NCBI GenBank assembly: GCA_040954595.2
Contig: CM082585.2
Span: 3,378,902 to 3,442,901 of the forward strand
DNA: 64,000 nucleotides
Direction: 5' to 3'
Source: Balanoglossus misakiensis
Taxonomy: Eukaryota > Animalia > Hemichordata
Shown: in pieces, positions 1 through 18,693 of the stretch
How positions within the stretch are numbered: position 1 is the stretch's first letter
How the letters are laid out: each line of letters starts with the position of its first letter
Position numbers and translations under genes: made by a program
Notes under the pieces: model-generated
Seen by the model: the letters and a program-made list of their open reading frames with translations, nothing else
Told to the model about the DNA's origin: nothing
The model's database searches: none

Positions 1-93
1 TATGATATCCAAATGCAAGCTCATAATATAAAACAGCTGGCCTCTAGAAGTAAACTGTAAACGTGTAAGACATCTGCTGTACACAATTGTCAG

Positions 94-539
94 ACAAGCG
101 TGAAGTTGACCTCATCCTCATCCTCAGCTTCGCCAGCCTCATCCTCATCCTCATCCTCATCCTCATCCTCAGCTTCGTGACCCAGCCTCAGCTTCGTGAC
201 CCTTCGTGACCCCAGCCTCAGCTTCGTGACCCCAGCCTCAGCTTCGTGACCCCAGGAAGTAAACATGAAAATTATCCAAACGATCGGTAAAAAGAACAAA
301 TGGAGTCAAAAGAAGAAATTCAATCAATTATTTAGACTATCCCATGTAAATTATTTTACCTATATCGCTTTCGCTTCTTTTAGATCACATCAGACATACG
401 AAATTCACGATAATTTTGAAATCTTCCTGAGGTCACGAAGCTGAGTCTGAGGTCACGAAGCTGAGGATGAGGATGAGGATGAGGATGAGGCTGGCGAAGA
501 TGAGGATGAGGATGAGGATGAGGCCAACTTCACGCTCGT
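94..539. mobile_element. Foldback-type non-autonomous DNA transposon (MULE/FB-like) with internally repetitive TIRs
   Basis: Left end ACAAGCGTGAAGTTGACCTCATCC and right end GGATGAGGCCAACTTCACGCTCGT are inverted. The arms are built of (CCTCAT)n and CTCAGCTTCGTGACC units. Exact 9-bp direct repeat AATTGTCAG at 85-93 and 540-548 (TSD). Confidence 0.85.
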
Positions 540-1417
540 AATTGTCAGTTATTCTCTTTCGAAGTTGGTATGTATCTTTTGGAGATAAAACGTTTTGAGG
601 AAATACAAAATAGCAAGTAAAAAAAATCAAATTGCATCATGATAATGATATAAATCTAACAGAGAACACCCCATCAATTAACTCAATTAACTTGCAACAC
701 AGAATTTCAAGTAAATATGCCATACAGTTGTGGAGACATGAAAACGATTCACCCAAAAATGCAAGTTTTAGCTTTTCAAAAATAATTTCAACACATCATG
801 ATAACAACTCCCCTAGAGCCCTGCAAACCAAATTGTGAAGCAATCAAACAAACCGTTATAGGGAAATGGATCTTTTACCAAAAACATTACCTGAATTCTG
901 CCCTCAACAAAAACAATGATTCACACTAGAACATTCTAATGAAGCCAGATTGCATAATTTAATTAATTATCATGCCTAATTTGAAGAAGATAACTGACAC
1001 TGAAGGCCAAAGCACAATAAATTCATCACTGGTGTTCTTCAATGAACTCACAGAAGAATTATGTGGGCGAGCTAGATTAGATGCACTGCAGCTTAAAAAT
1101 AAAGAATTCAGGGAAACCAATGAGCATCCAATCACTTGCATAAGGGAGAGTTTGAATCAATACATGTAGATGTGAATACCTACAAATGCAGTTACACAGA
1201 ATTCCTGAATGTACAGGTAGAGACTCAACAAGTTTGCTAAAATAAATAGACCCATGTATCAAGGAAATTGACAGTGTCGGATTTCTGGAAATTTGTAATG
1301 AGCAAATGCTCCATTAGTATGCTATCAACAAAGTAAGAGCCTAAAGAATCGAAAGGATAAACCATAGATTACGAGCGCTATAAAAAGGGAGCAAAGCCCT
1401 GCATAGACTATGGTACT

Positions 1418-1917
1418 ACGGCCAAAATAAAAAAAATATGTGCTGTTCTGATTACCCGACCTACCGTAATTTAAACCCGCGGACCCTAAACTTTTTAGAG
1501 CTTCATAAACCCGGGAGTAAAAATAACGATTTCAATTACCGTTAAAGTCATTTTATAAGTCGCAACGGTATTATAAGTTGCACCCCTTCTTTGAAAGACT
1601 TGTTTGGGAGGAGATTTTAAGGAAATGAATACAACAGAACATTGGTATTATAAGTCGCACCCCCTTTTCGGCACACACTGTCACTCAAAAAAGGTGCGTC
1701 TTATAAAATGACTTTAACGGTATTCGAATCTACAAAATTCATGAAAATTTCGCGAACACGCGAGAAATGATGAAATCACGCGCATCAAGCAAGAACTATG
1801 ACGTCATTCTTCTACACTACGGCGGCCAAAGATATAAATTTCCCTACCTGCCTACGCCCTACCCTATTTTTGAAAACCATGTTAGTAATCGGAAAAGTGC
1901 ATATTTGGGGGGCCTTA
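1418..1917. mobile_element. Non-autonomous TIR element, interrupted by the MITE at 1539-1720
   Basis: Imperfect inverted ends (GGCC...AAATATGTGCTGTTCTGATTAC versus GTAATCGGAAAAGTGCATATTT...GGCC). The right-end sequence recurs at ~24843-24918. Confidence 0.55.
1539..1720. mobile_element. Tc1/mariner/pogo-type MITE
   Basis: Perfect 21-bp TIR CCGTTAAAGTCATTTTATAAG / CTTATAAAATGACTTTAACGG, flanked by TA on both sides. Confidence 0.85.
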
Positions 1918-2539
1918 CGAAAGTTCAAAAAAATCATTTCAATGAGAAACTTCTAGCATACAAAACTATAGAAAGCAGTATTATGATAATTTACTTAAAT
2001 GCAAATCTTAGTGATATTGTAGGAGACATTGTTTTTTCGTTGAAGTTTGGAATAATTTTAATTTAGCCTCTAAGATACCTTCTTCAGCCAATTTAGATTT
2101 CAACATTATTTGAGTAACAATTTAAATGAATTGAATCATTCTTTTTTCAGCCAGTGGTTGAGAAAGCGATTAACCTAATTGTTAGCCTACAGGTTGGGAT
2201 GAAATTCCCTCAAGGCTCATTAACAAATTAAAACTAAAAGGTTGCAAACTGTGTACCAGGTCCAGTACATCTGTACTCCATTATATCACATCATAAATCT
2301 CTTTCCCCACTAGTGACTTTCCAAACCTCTTAAAATCACCTTTGTAGTTGTACTGCTTTATATAAAAAGGGTAATGTTAACCACTTGACTATATCAGCCA
2401 TGTAACCCTATATACCAAACAAATTACAGATCCTTATTCATTTGCACCAGAATTAACTGGCATGCAAGATATATAGCAATTAAATATGGTGCCTGAAATT
2501 TCTGGCATTTTAGGTAGGAAAGAGGTTAATGATATTGGC

Positions 2540-2870
2540 AACTAATTCTATTCAACCTGTATTCAGCAAATTATTCGAAAAACTGCTAAAACCATATCGC
2601 AGATATCTAGGTTAAAGATTTTATATGGTCATTTTAGAGAAAAACAGTTGCATGTTGAGTCTCCCTTGCAAGTCTTCTACAATGTTTGCTTTCAAGATGT
2701 AATAGATAATGGAGATTTATCATTTGGTATGTTTATAGGCTTCGCTAAGGCATTTGAGAGGTCAAGACTAGTCAACCATGATATTTTAATGTCAAAACTA
2801 CTGCACTGTGGCATCAGAGTGGTACCATGGATCATAGGCTGTATAGAATCAAGAAATCAATATCACAGGT
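2540..2870 (+). pseudogene. Decayed non-LTR retrotransposon reverse transcriptase fragment (CR1/L2-like)
   Basis: Translations include SIQPVFSKLFEKL and DNGDLSFGMFIGFAKAFE..VNHDILMSKLLHCGIR..W. These match the RT pattern PISxLPxFSKxxE / FxDFxKAFDxVxHxILLxKL. Frameshifts are present. Confidence 0.7.
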
Positions 2871-5800
2871 GGTGCAACTCAGGGAGAAGATTTGAAGTAT
2901 TTTATAAATTATTTATAGTGAAAAAAGAATATGTGAAATTTGGCAGTTCATAGGGCTTTAAATAATTATTTTATGATTTAGTTTTGTCTGTATCAGATGA
3001 TGGTCTTTTCCAAATGCATTTTATTTTTGATCCATCATTCAATGATAATTACTCACAAAAATGTTTTTCTCCCTTATTCAGCTTCCCAAAAGAGTGTGAT
3101 GTCATTTTCACATATTTTTAGGTTTTCATGTTGATTCATACTTTCATGTCAACAAATTCACATCCTGCCACCACATCACATATACACATCAACTATCACT
3201 GTGATACATGCTATGGTTTTCAAGTTTATACTATTGACTCACACACACAATCTACTACCTGTCTACACATACTCACACCAAACCCTAGCTGTAATATAGA
3301 TTTAATGTGGCATAAATATACCAGTCATGTACATTTTCTTTTTATCCTCCCTATTAAGTATATTTTCCAAATGAACGAAGTTTCTGCTTGTCAGCAAATC
3401 ATGTTTATGTGAACCAATCATTTGCATTGTTGACAAATGCACTGAAGTCCGGACTTGAATACAATTTTTAAACAATATTAATTTTGATTCTTCACTCATG
3501 GACTATGTTGAGACGAATATCACATTTTACATTTAACCCTGCCTTAGGCAATTGGAAATGAAACCATGGTTGACACACAAAAAGACAAAGGTTACAGAGA
3601 GCTGACATCCAAACTGTGCTGGAAAATTAATTTCATTACCGTCCTCAATTTGTTCCTATTGAGTCGCAAAGGCCATGGGAAATTATCTCTGAATTAAAAA
3701 CAACAATAAAACTGGTACAACAAACATGATTGACACAGTCTATTATAGTTACATGTATATAGCCATTGTAAACTGATATTTCTTTATAACATCTTGTGAT
3801 ACTAATAATTGGGCAATCACTGAATTCAGTAAATAACACAATATGAATAATAATGTATAATTTTTAATCCCATAAGAGATGAACAGATCAAATTAAATTA
3901 AAAAATTAAAAATAGTAACATTTTTCAATATGCATGTACATTAAAAAGTTGAAGTCCAATTTACAATTTGTCATTTCAATTTAATATTCTTGGGCATATG
4001 GAATCTAAGTTTGAAATTTGTTAATGTTGCATAACCATTTTGATATTGATATTGAGACATTAGAACTGGTGCCAGCTTTTTTTAAGTATTCTGTGTAGAA
4101 TTTTAAATCCACCAAAATAATCATGTATTGTATAAAAGACGTTTCATATCTTCTTAATCTAAACCAAAGAAATACAGTGGTCTTTCAACATTTTCCAACT
4201 TCAATTCATCACATTCACACCAGGCTGAACTGTATTAAAATAGTGGCAATTATCTTATATGTACTGTAAATAGGTCGCTACCATAAAATATACAGTTGTA
4301 AATATACAGAGAGACTGTTCGATAAATTACCACCCATTCACTTAGCAAAGCAAACGGCAGAACAGTGAATAAATTCTGGCGCAATTATGCTATCCCTTGA
4401 AATTTGAAAACCATGTCACGACACTTGTTAGTTGTACACAGGAAATTAATTCTCAATATTAAACACATTTGAATTTCCATTTAATACTAGCACATAAATA
4501 GTTTTTATTAATCTCAAATACCGGCCTTCGATCTGGACTGTATCATAAGACTCCTCAAATTAACTGAAGTAACTGAATAAAAATGATAATCTTTACTGTG
4601 GTATTAAGATTTTCTCATAACAAAAACCTCACACAGCTACATGTACCCTTGAACTAATTCTTGGGAAGAGATCTTCAGTGACCTTTGTATTTCAAAGGGA
4701 GCTCACTACATCAAAACCTTTCCTTTTTTGCATTTCAATGATTAAATCTATACTCTCACCTCTTCTTTCTCCCATTCCACCCAAAGCGTCTAAAATGTCA
4801 AGATAAACCTACACATATATTGAATTCAATTTAATATGCAACTATTCTCATTTCGTCATTGCAGTCCTTCAATTAACTTAAGTACAGATATTCAACGCCA
4901 GACTGTAGAATAAATTTTGCTTCTTAATAATACTTAGCTACCATGCACTGTTATTAATTTATACAGAATCCTAAATTTAGATGCATCAACATTATATTTT
5001 CTACTGAAGTTGACACTAATTCAAAAATCAACCATAGGTTTCAGTGATCAAACTGGACCAGACATTTCTCTTTACTACAAATATCAATAATTCTCTACTA
5101 ACAGTTTAATTTTTGTTTTCAGTAAAAATTCTGCTTGGTCACTATTGCACAATTTTTCCTTATTTATATTATATGCACTAGTAGTAGTGTGAATAATGCC
5201 ATGGACATCCCAGATATTGTGGCTTTTCAAGAACAAAAAGCTTGTCAAAGTGTTAGCTAACCCATACTCCATGTGCTCTATATAATTTTTAACAGCTTTG
5301 AGTCAATTTGCGGATTTCTAGAAATTTCTCTGGGTCATACCTTTGTATGCGTGGATTATTTTCTTGAGTCGCCAGTGAGTTTGTTGAGTGCGTGGCGTGT
5401 CATATGGGCTAAGAGGGCACACAGCACATACGTCAGATTAAAATCGATGTTGATGGTTGCCGTAACAAGATTGACAGCATCTGTGTAATGGTCAGTGTCT
5501 TGTAAATCAGGTTAAGGTTTTAAGAGCAGCTTGATGTTCACCATTTCATCATATTACCGATAAACATTTGTGAGACACCAATTTAGTCAACCAGATGCGG
5601 TATTATGAAATCTTTATTAAGAACACAAATACCATCAAATTTCTCTTTCTCGTCTCTTCAAGGCCCTCGGATTTTTTTTTACCTCAAAGTATCTTCGAAT
5701 TTTCCCACATTATTTTAATTTTACCCAGTAAACAATATTAACCTTGACCTTTGTCACAACAAGCATTTTATTTTTAATAGAATTTAGGAAAACTGTAGTT

Positions 5801-7743
5801 TTCCAGTTCATTTAAATTTTTCAGAATTTTTAAAGACCCAATAGCTATTGCTTATAGCATGTTTTTAATCGATGAAATACAGCTCTTTATCCTAAGTTAC
5901 AGACAACATTAATTTATTTTGTGTAGATTCTAATACCCATGTGTGCATACCACAGCTATTGTGTACTCCCACAATGGGCAGCTGCATAAATGGGTGTGGC
6001 ACCCATTTATTATTTTAACTTGTTTATAATTACATGTACAGCCCCAATCAGAGGTTGATAATGTGTTTATATATACCCATCACTCAGCTCATATAAATGG
6101 ACCACTCAAGTTTGAAAGTAAAATCACAAAATTATATTTAAAAATTGGCAGCTACTGGGGCTTTAAAAGCTTGCCATATTATGAAAAAAAAGAAAACTGG
6201 AACTTGGAAGGCATTCAGTTCCATATATTCTAATGGACTATCTCAAGATATGTCTGTGAATAATCATCATCCAGTGTGTACGGTTTGGTTGTGATAGGTC
6301 GCATTGAGTGCAGCCTTCCTAACCAACGCATATGCACAACCCCTATAGTTTGTTCAGTGACTGTGTGAACCTCAAAATTGTGCGGCTCTATCACACAGCA
6401 AGCATTACATCGTCTTGATAAGGGTAATATGGCACTGGCCATAGATAGATGAATTATTGTCACCACATCTTCATGCAGCACTTGTTAACAGTGTTTTTGG
6501 AGGTGAACAGCAACTAACAATGACACAAAATGATGCAGACCATGCTGCCCAAAATATCAATGGTAGAACTCAAGCTATCATTTAGATTGCACTGAGTTAA
6601 GGAAATGTATGTAGTTGGCAACTCATAGTCCATTTACATGTACAAGTTCCTCTCGAAGGCATACATGAAACATAATTAAAATTACAGCCCACGAGGACAA
6701 TGGTTGTTTTAAAGGAGGTACTCCTGTCTGAAATAAATATAGCTTAACTGCATGGCCGGTGAAGATAGTGATCAGATATTAAAGACTGTAATGGGTATGT
6801 ATTGCTAGAGGCAACCAATTTTGTGTGAGGAACCTGCTAAGTAATAGTATTCAGTACACTCAACTCTTTAGTGGTCGATTAAACAGTTTATTATTTTGAT
6901 TCTGATGAAATTGAAATATGCACATTGCTACAACTATATTTAACAAACAAGTTTGCATTCTGGATAGGAAAATTATTATTCTGTTTCCTAGTTGCAACAG
7001 AAATGTATAATGGAGCCATCAGTAATTACAGGGGGTTAGCCAGTGGGGAGGGGGGGGGGGGACAGTGGAACATTCATCATGTAAAGTGCAGTGTGACCCT
7101 CCCTCAAACACCCCTTTCTAAAATATGTTACTCCCCTCTTTTTCAAATTTTGAATTTGTAAAATGACCCTCCCGCTGCTGCAAATTTAAAATGCATGTAT
7201 GACATGGTAGTGCATTTGTTATGCAAATTAGCATCCATACTACCATACCTGGAATGCATGTTCACCAATTATTCTCTAATGTTCACTCTTGTTTCGATAC
7301 AAGTTTGACTATAGTCGAGGAACGCCAAAATTCATGGGCTCGGAAGCCTCGCCCATGAATTTTTGGCTTTCCCCTCGCCCTTGCCCATAAACAAACATTA
7401 ATGGTCAGGACGTCGTCCATTATTTCTATATTGTTGAAAATAGAATTCTAGTCGCGAATTGGGAGAATTGAATTCACTTACCAACAATGACAATGGTCAT
7501 ACTCATTACTCATAAAAAGGAGTTGTTGAGAAGCTAGACAGGTTAGAATTTGCAAATGTACAAAATGACCCCCCCCCCCTCCCCAGTGGATATGACCCTC
7601 CCGAAGGGCAGGTTGTAAAATATGACCCACCGTGCCCTCCCACCTGAAAAAAAAAATTCCCACCATTTGCCAATTGCCCACCCATTCGTAATTATAAATT
7701 ACATTCATGATCTTGGTGAATATAACCTAATTTGAAAACTTAC

Positions 7744-7806
7744 CTCATCTTTAGTAGCGTGCGTTGCTAAGACCAACAAGGAAACTAGCCACGTTCGGAT
7801 CATCAT
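7744..7806 (-). CDS. First coding exon (signal peptide MMIRTWLVSLLVLATHATKDE) of an unidentified secreted or membrane protein gene running leftwards
   Basis: AAAATGATG start, a 63-nt open frame with a hydrophobic core, then a consensus donor GAG|GTAAGT. It lies just downstream of a CpG-richer promoter-like zone. No downstream exons could be assigned within the window. Confidence 0.55.
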
Positions 7807-7849
7807 TTTCACGAATCTATAGTTAGCCAGCTCTTTCAACGTTCAGTGC

Positions 7850-8340
7850 ACGAAATAATGCGAGAGCTTTCTCCCTTGTATGCTTCGATGAGTCGATCGT
7901 TATCCACAATAAGGAGCAGTTCTCAGTGATGTTCTGAAGGGGGCATGGGTTGTATTTACACCTCCTAATCACCAAACTGTGCCGTATGTTCTATCCCTCG
8001 CTGGCTAGGAGCTAAAATATTGTATCCCTGTCGAGTGACCCTACCACAGTTCAATATTACGTATAGCCTACGAGCATCGACCCATGATCCGCCTCCCGCA
8101 ATGGATATTCGGGATCTCAAGTGATGGACTCCGCCTGCCCTGTATCAATCAACCACGTGGATACAACTGACTGACGTCAATGCTTGTACAATTAAGAAGT
8201 CGGTTACATCCCAATGCTCACAAACTACTAAAGTTACCTGTTTTCGTCGAGAACGCGAACAGCAAATTTCTCACAGTGAGCGCGCCGCCATATTACTGTA
8301 TGGTCGCATGTTGATGGTTTTCGTATATACGAACCCTCCC
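7850..8340. promoter_or_regulatory. CpG-enriched promoter region with CRE (TGACGTCA ~8172) and a YY1-like GCCGCCAT motif; possible non-coding exon ending at a donor at 8238 (-)
   Basis: Local CpG enrichment over the AT-rich background, TGACGTCA, CGCGCCGCCAT at ~8281-8291, and a minus-strand CAG|GTAACT. Confidence 0.45.
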
Positions 8341-9779
8341 TGCTAATTGATAGGAATTCTTGTCCTTCTTTAATAAAATTCTTCTTCCAGAAACTTTTTC
8401 TATCAGTTGATCATATGTAGCATATTTTACTTTACCTTGCAAATAATTTGTGGTGTAATTTCAACAAAGATTAAAATCAAATGAAAGTGTAATGTTCGCC
8501 ATGCTAAACGGGGGCCGGTCGTTAAACGGAACAGCCAGTGAAAGTGAATGATGCGGGCAACCTGTTGCCGCAGTTACGTTCTGCATCCCATTATCATGAT
8601 AATACAGCTGCAGTTTATACGTACGTACGTAGTGTCATTGTAACAATGGGTGTGTTATGCTCTATTTTAAAATAATCATGAACGAAAACACGAATGAATC
8701 ACTGATGAACACACCTATAGTCGACGGTGATCAAAATATAAACCAAAACCCTCACTCTGTTAGTGCCTTGCAAGGCTTGGACAGCCCCAGTTCTGAGTAC
8801 ATTAATTAACAGTCCGCGGGTACGGTACAGTCTCTCTGTTTCCAGGGAGGTCCCCTGCTCGAAGAAAACAGAGTACCTACCTTGGGTAGCGATTAGCCAC
8901 CATATTGTTGATAGCTGCAGTATCATAGCTCGAGGGTTTTGCCCTTCTTAATTTCTCTTTTCCCTGTATGCTATGCCAGGTTTTGAATTATCTTTCTTCG
9001 TGTTTTGATTCTTAAGACTTTTGGTGTTTCAAAGCTTATCCCTTGTCAATGCTTGATGTTTCACTAAAGTATTAAAGACAAGATGATGTTTTAATTTTTA
9101 TGGGGCTCCAAAATTCATAAAATGACATGTAAAGCTATTATTGCAGATTATCATCAAGTAGAATTAAAATGATTGAAATCTTTTTGCAAAACAAAGCACT
9201 TAAAGCCATTTGGTCAAAACGCTTTCTCAAGGACATATATTGTATAAATAGCTGGAAGCCAAGATGGACTTTTTCCGCTAATTTTTATTCATGTAAATGC
9301 AACCTAGAGATAATTGGTTTCTATGGTAACTTTATCAAACCTGCAGACTGTCCCAATACTGGCTTTCTGTCGCCATTTTATAGTGAGTGATTCTTTATTT
9401 GCACGAATCTTTTGAAGATAAATGGAAAAACCTGATTCTGCACAGTCATTGTTTCAACTAGTAATCTGGTCAAATCAATTTATAAAGTTCAGAAACAATG
9501 TTTTTTTTTCTGAGTGGATTAAATCGGGAATTTTGTTCGTCAAGGATATTATTATGCGGAAACAAATATTTATAGAACAAATATTATATAACTGAACTTT
9601 ACTTGTTGAAAAATGTAATGGCGCCATGGACTAATATTCTTTTAGATGAAAAAATCAATGCTCAAATCTTTTCACTCAACAGGAATATTTTTTCACATTT
9701 CACAACATAACTGCTACAATGGGATTTCATTCAAAATAAAATAGAGACAATATGTTGAGACCATGTGGACCAAGAAGTG

Positions 9780-10260
9780 CATGTAAACCGGAGTAGTACT
9801 TCAGGAAAAATGATGTCATAACCCACCAGATAAAACACGATGTAATTTCATTTTATAGTTTATACATTGTATCTTACCTAATTGTCTGAAACTATGCAAC
9901 TGGAGAATATGTCCATCTCCCTATAGTAATCTCTGCCATGTCATAGAAGACCAAGAACACATTTTCTTTCATTGCATCAAAGTCCAACTATTTTGGAAAG
10001 ATGAGATTACTAATTTTCGCTGTTTCTTCAAGATTGATCCTATTATTAATATGAAATCATAGATTCTGGGAATGCACAAAAACATCAAAATTATGCCTCA
10101 TCCATCTTACCAAAGGTGCAAATAGTGGACCAGTGGACCATTCACACAAGGGCATGAGGTGATTGTATAACTCATCCAGTTATAATTATACGAGACAGAA
10201 TCCTGTATTATCAGGAAAAAAAAACCTTTATTAGCAAAATGGAGCCTTCTTAAAACATTT
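9780..10260 (+). pseudogene. Decayed L1/Tx1-clade LINE ORF2 C-terminal (zf-RVT) fragment
   Basis: 9922-9999 translates to YSNLCHVIEDQEHIFFHCIKVQLFWK, matching CxxC-x(4-5)-E-xx-HLFFxCxxVxxFW. The surrounding frames are broken. Confidence 0.6.
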
Positions 10261-11349
10261 CATGTTTTCTGTCTCTAACATTAGGAGAACCACTTAATAC
10301 ACAGACACATACAGCAGTCAGTTGACATTCTTCTTCACACTGGTATAGTTAAATATCAGTAAGCACATAAATCTGAACCTAATAAAAAAGTCAGATTAAA
10401 CTTATATGATCACAAGATATTTCAACATAAGCAAGCCGTCTGGTCTACCATCCTTAAGAAGTCTTTGAGATGATATCTCTTTTCAGGGACAATTGTCACT
10501 TATGATGGATCAACATACAGTAAAACTGCCTATGCAATACTATAGTACTGAATAGGTAGTTCTACATATCCGACCGGTAGAGGGCGCTGTTTAATATTCG
10601 AATGCCCTCCAATAAATTTATTTGTAAACAATGGCCGCTATTCATATGCAGGCTTTGTGGACAAGTTAGTCTCATACACCTAGCCAAAGTACTAGAAACA
10701 AGTGTCGCTACATGATAGAAAACTACTAGCAAAATCGCAAAAAGTAAGAGTAACTGGTATAAAGCTGGTACAGAGTGTACCGTATCAAGTGAAAAATTGA
10801 AAATCTCCATTCAGTACCAGAAATACCAAGTCCCCACCAGAGTTGTGACAGCGAAAATTTTGATGGGAATGACAGATATACTCTGCACACACATATTTCT
10901 TTTGGTGTCTAATTACACACAACATCATCCTACCTATTCAATTTGGTGTGTGTGTCTCTCTCTGTGTGCTGTGTAACTGCTTTCAGACTGACTTTCAAAA
11001 TCTTAAGACAAATCAAAATATTGACTTACAAATGTACTTATTACACTAATGCAAAATAGTGTCTAATTCATGACTGAAAAAACAAAACAAAGGCATAATC
11101 AGGTACATGCCAATGAATACCAAATAAAACAGCATGGGTCATCAGTAGTTAATAGAACCTGGTCTCCTGTCTGCAGTGGTACATGCATTACCCAGAGGTG
11201 TTCTACCCCTCTAAAATGGTACAACCCACACAAGATGATCAATTCCAGGAGAATATACACATTACATATCAAGCTTTCCCGCGAACATATCGTCCATAAA
11301 TCTCTCTAGGTGATGTACTGGACAGAATTCATTACTGGCAGTGAGAATT

Positions 11350-16834
<5,485 letters not shown>

Positions 16835-17007
16835 TTTGTTTTCGTTCGTTTGTTTGTTGTCGTTAGTGTTAATGTTGTTCTTGCCTCTCAAGAGGGCGCC
16901 GTCAATGACCTTTGGCTTTTCAGAGACACGGTTGTTGTCAGTCAGCTGAGCTGTAGACGGAAGACGAGTGGACAGCGAAAATTGGAGGAAGTTTGAGCAT
17001 CGAAAAG
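16835..17007. promoter_or_regulatory. Putative bidirectional promoter: COPS6 (-) and a non-coding first exon on + ending at donor AAAG|GTAAGT (17007)
   Basis: CpG-rich, with the YY1-like AAAATGGCGG at the COPS6 start and an ETS-like CGGAAG at ~16958. A consensus plus-strand donor lies ~170 bp from the COPS6 ATG. Confidence 0.55.
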
Positions 17008-17820
17008 GTAAGTTTGACCATTTTAATAGTTTGCGCGATAAATTATATTTGAAAAGGTTTGATCATCAACTTGTATGTTCACACATGGAGATAAACTCGC
17101 TGGTAGGCCTGTATTCATGTACTACCCTCAGTGACCGTTTCGACCCCGACACCTATGGTCACCTCGACCCCCCAGACCTTAGTTACTTCGATCCCTATGA
17201 ATTCATTCGGTAAAGAGCCTGGTACGTCACCAGGTTCGTTTGATCATGGAGGTGGTTTGATGCGCTAATCTTTGCAGAGTATTCCAGGGCTTCGGTGTGA
17301 GGCACTACGCATGCGATGTATAATGATTGACACTCCAAGAAATCGTGAGATCGAGTAGCGAATCACAAATCGCAGCTTTACCGTGAATCGAACGCATTAC
17401 AGGAACACATATTTACCGGCCAAGTGACCGTTATTTTGAGGCAAAGTTGCATATCGTTCGTAAGCCTTGTTACTGATCTATGAAAAATCAGACACAGGAG
17501 GTCAAAGTGACTTGGCTGCAGGGGTCAAGGTGACCACAAAGAGGTGTGAATCACTGGGGTCAAAATGGTCAGAGGTCGAAGTGACCTGTTACTGTCAGCC
17601 CACTTTTGTCTATGGACCCTTGCAGATTTCAGGCTATATGTCTTTGTTTTCTGTTGCCGTTCAAATGCAACTGAACTATTAAAATGGGAGATGGCCGCAG
17701 CTGTCCGTGGGGGTAATCGGCAACCCCCCCCCCCCAAAAAAAAAACGGTACAGCTGCGTTTAATACTAAAGCCAACTTTGGCGTGATGCTCATTATCTAG
17801 AAAGTGAAAAGCACAATCGT

Positions 17821-18195
17821 TATTGAACACCTATTGCCTGGCCATGAGGGCCATAGCGGCCGTTTATTACCCGCCGTAATTATAATATACCTCATGCTAA
17901 TACTGTGCCGTGATTCGCCAGAATCCGTCACGTGATAGGAAAATAGAATCGACTATGAACTGCTAGGGAAATAGCTGAAAAAATATAAACCGGTCAGGTG
18001 ACTGTTAGCATAGGTTTATTATAGAACACCTATAGCCTGGCCTATATTCGGGCCATAGCAGCCGTTTTTACCCCCTCGTGACTGTGAGTTACCAGAATCA
18101 TATGCTATTTCCCTCGGCCGTCTGGTAACTCACAGCCCCTTGGGGGTAATAAATGGTTGCTATGGCACCCATGGCCAGGCAATAGGTGTTTAATA
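17821..18195. mobile_element. MITE with ~45-bp TIRs
   Basis: AACACCTATTGCCTGGCCATG... / ...CATGGCCAGGCAATAGGTGTT, with an internal direct copy of the left TIR at ~18025. Confidence 0.7.
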
Positions 18196-18693
18196 TTAAA
18201 TGGCAACACTACTATCACTAACATACCAATAAAACAGACACAAGTGTTGGGGGTAAAGGTCAACTACCGGTACTTTAATTTTTCATGTTGACCGGCTAAA
18301 TAGCCTGAAAACTGCCAAAACAGGAGATACAGAATGCAGAGGCGAAGCATGTAACACTGAATGCACTTATTAAAATGAAGCTCTTAACAACTTTTTTTTT
18401 TTTTTTAAACAATGGGAGGGAGGGTGGGTAATGTCCGCTGTCAGTCTGGGCAGTAAACCACGAGGTAGCCTCGTCCCAGGACTAACTCCCACATCCTCGA
18501 TCCCAGCTCCATTTAAACTCCAATAAAACAAGTGTTATTGTACACAAAAAGAACGAAACTGGTGGCGTGTGCCACACAATTACTGGTAACTTTAATCATG
18601 GTTACTAGCTCAGGTAACCATGCTTTCATAAACAAAATGTGTGTGGCTATTTATTATTTTTTTTTATCCTTTAGGGCAACACCACCAGAAATA

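Noticed and set aside
90-630. ORFs encoding EDEDED / ILILIL runs
   Set aside because: They are translations of the (GAGGAT)n arms of the foldback element, not genes.
6230-6481. 83-aa minus-strand ORF as exon 2 of the signal-peptide gene
   Set aside because: No convincing splice sites or recognisable motif.
7319-7373. Strong hairpin GCCAAAATTCATGGGC...GCCCATGAATTTTTGGC as a terminator or miRNA
   Set aside because: Eukaryotic context, and it resembles the internal palindromes of local MITEs. There is no evidence for an RNA gene.
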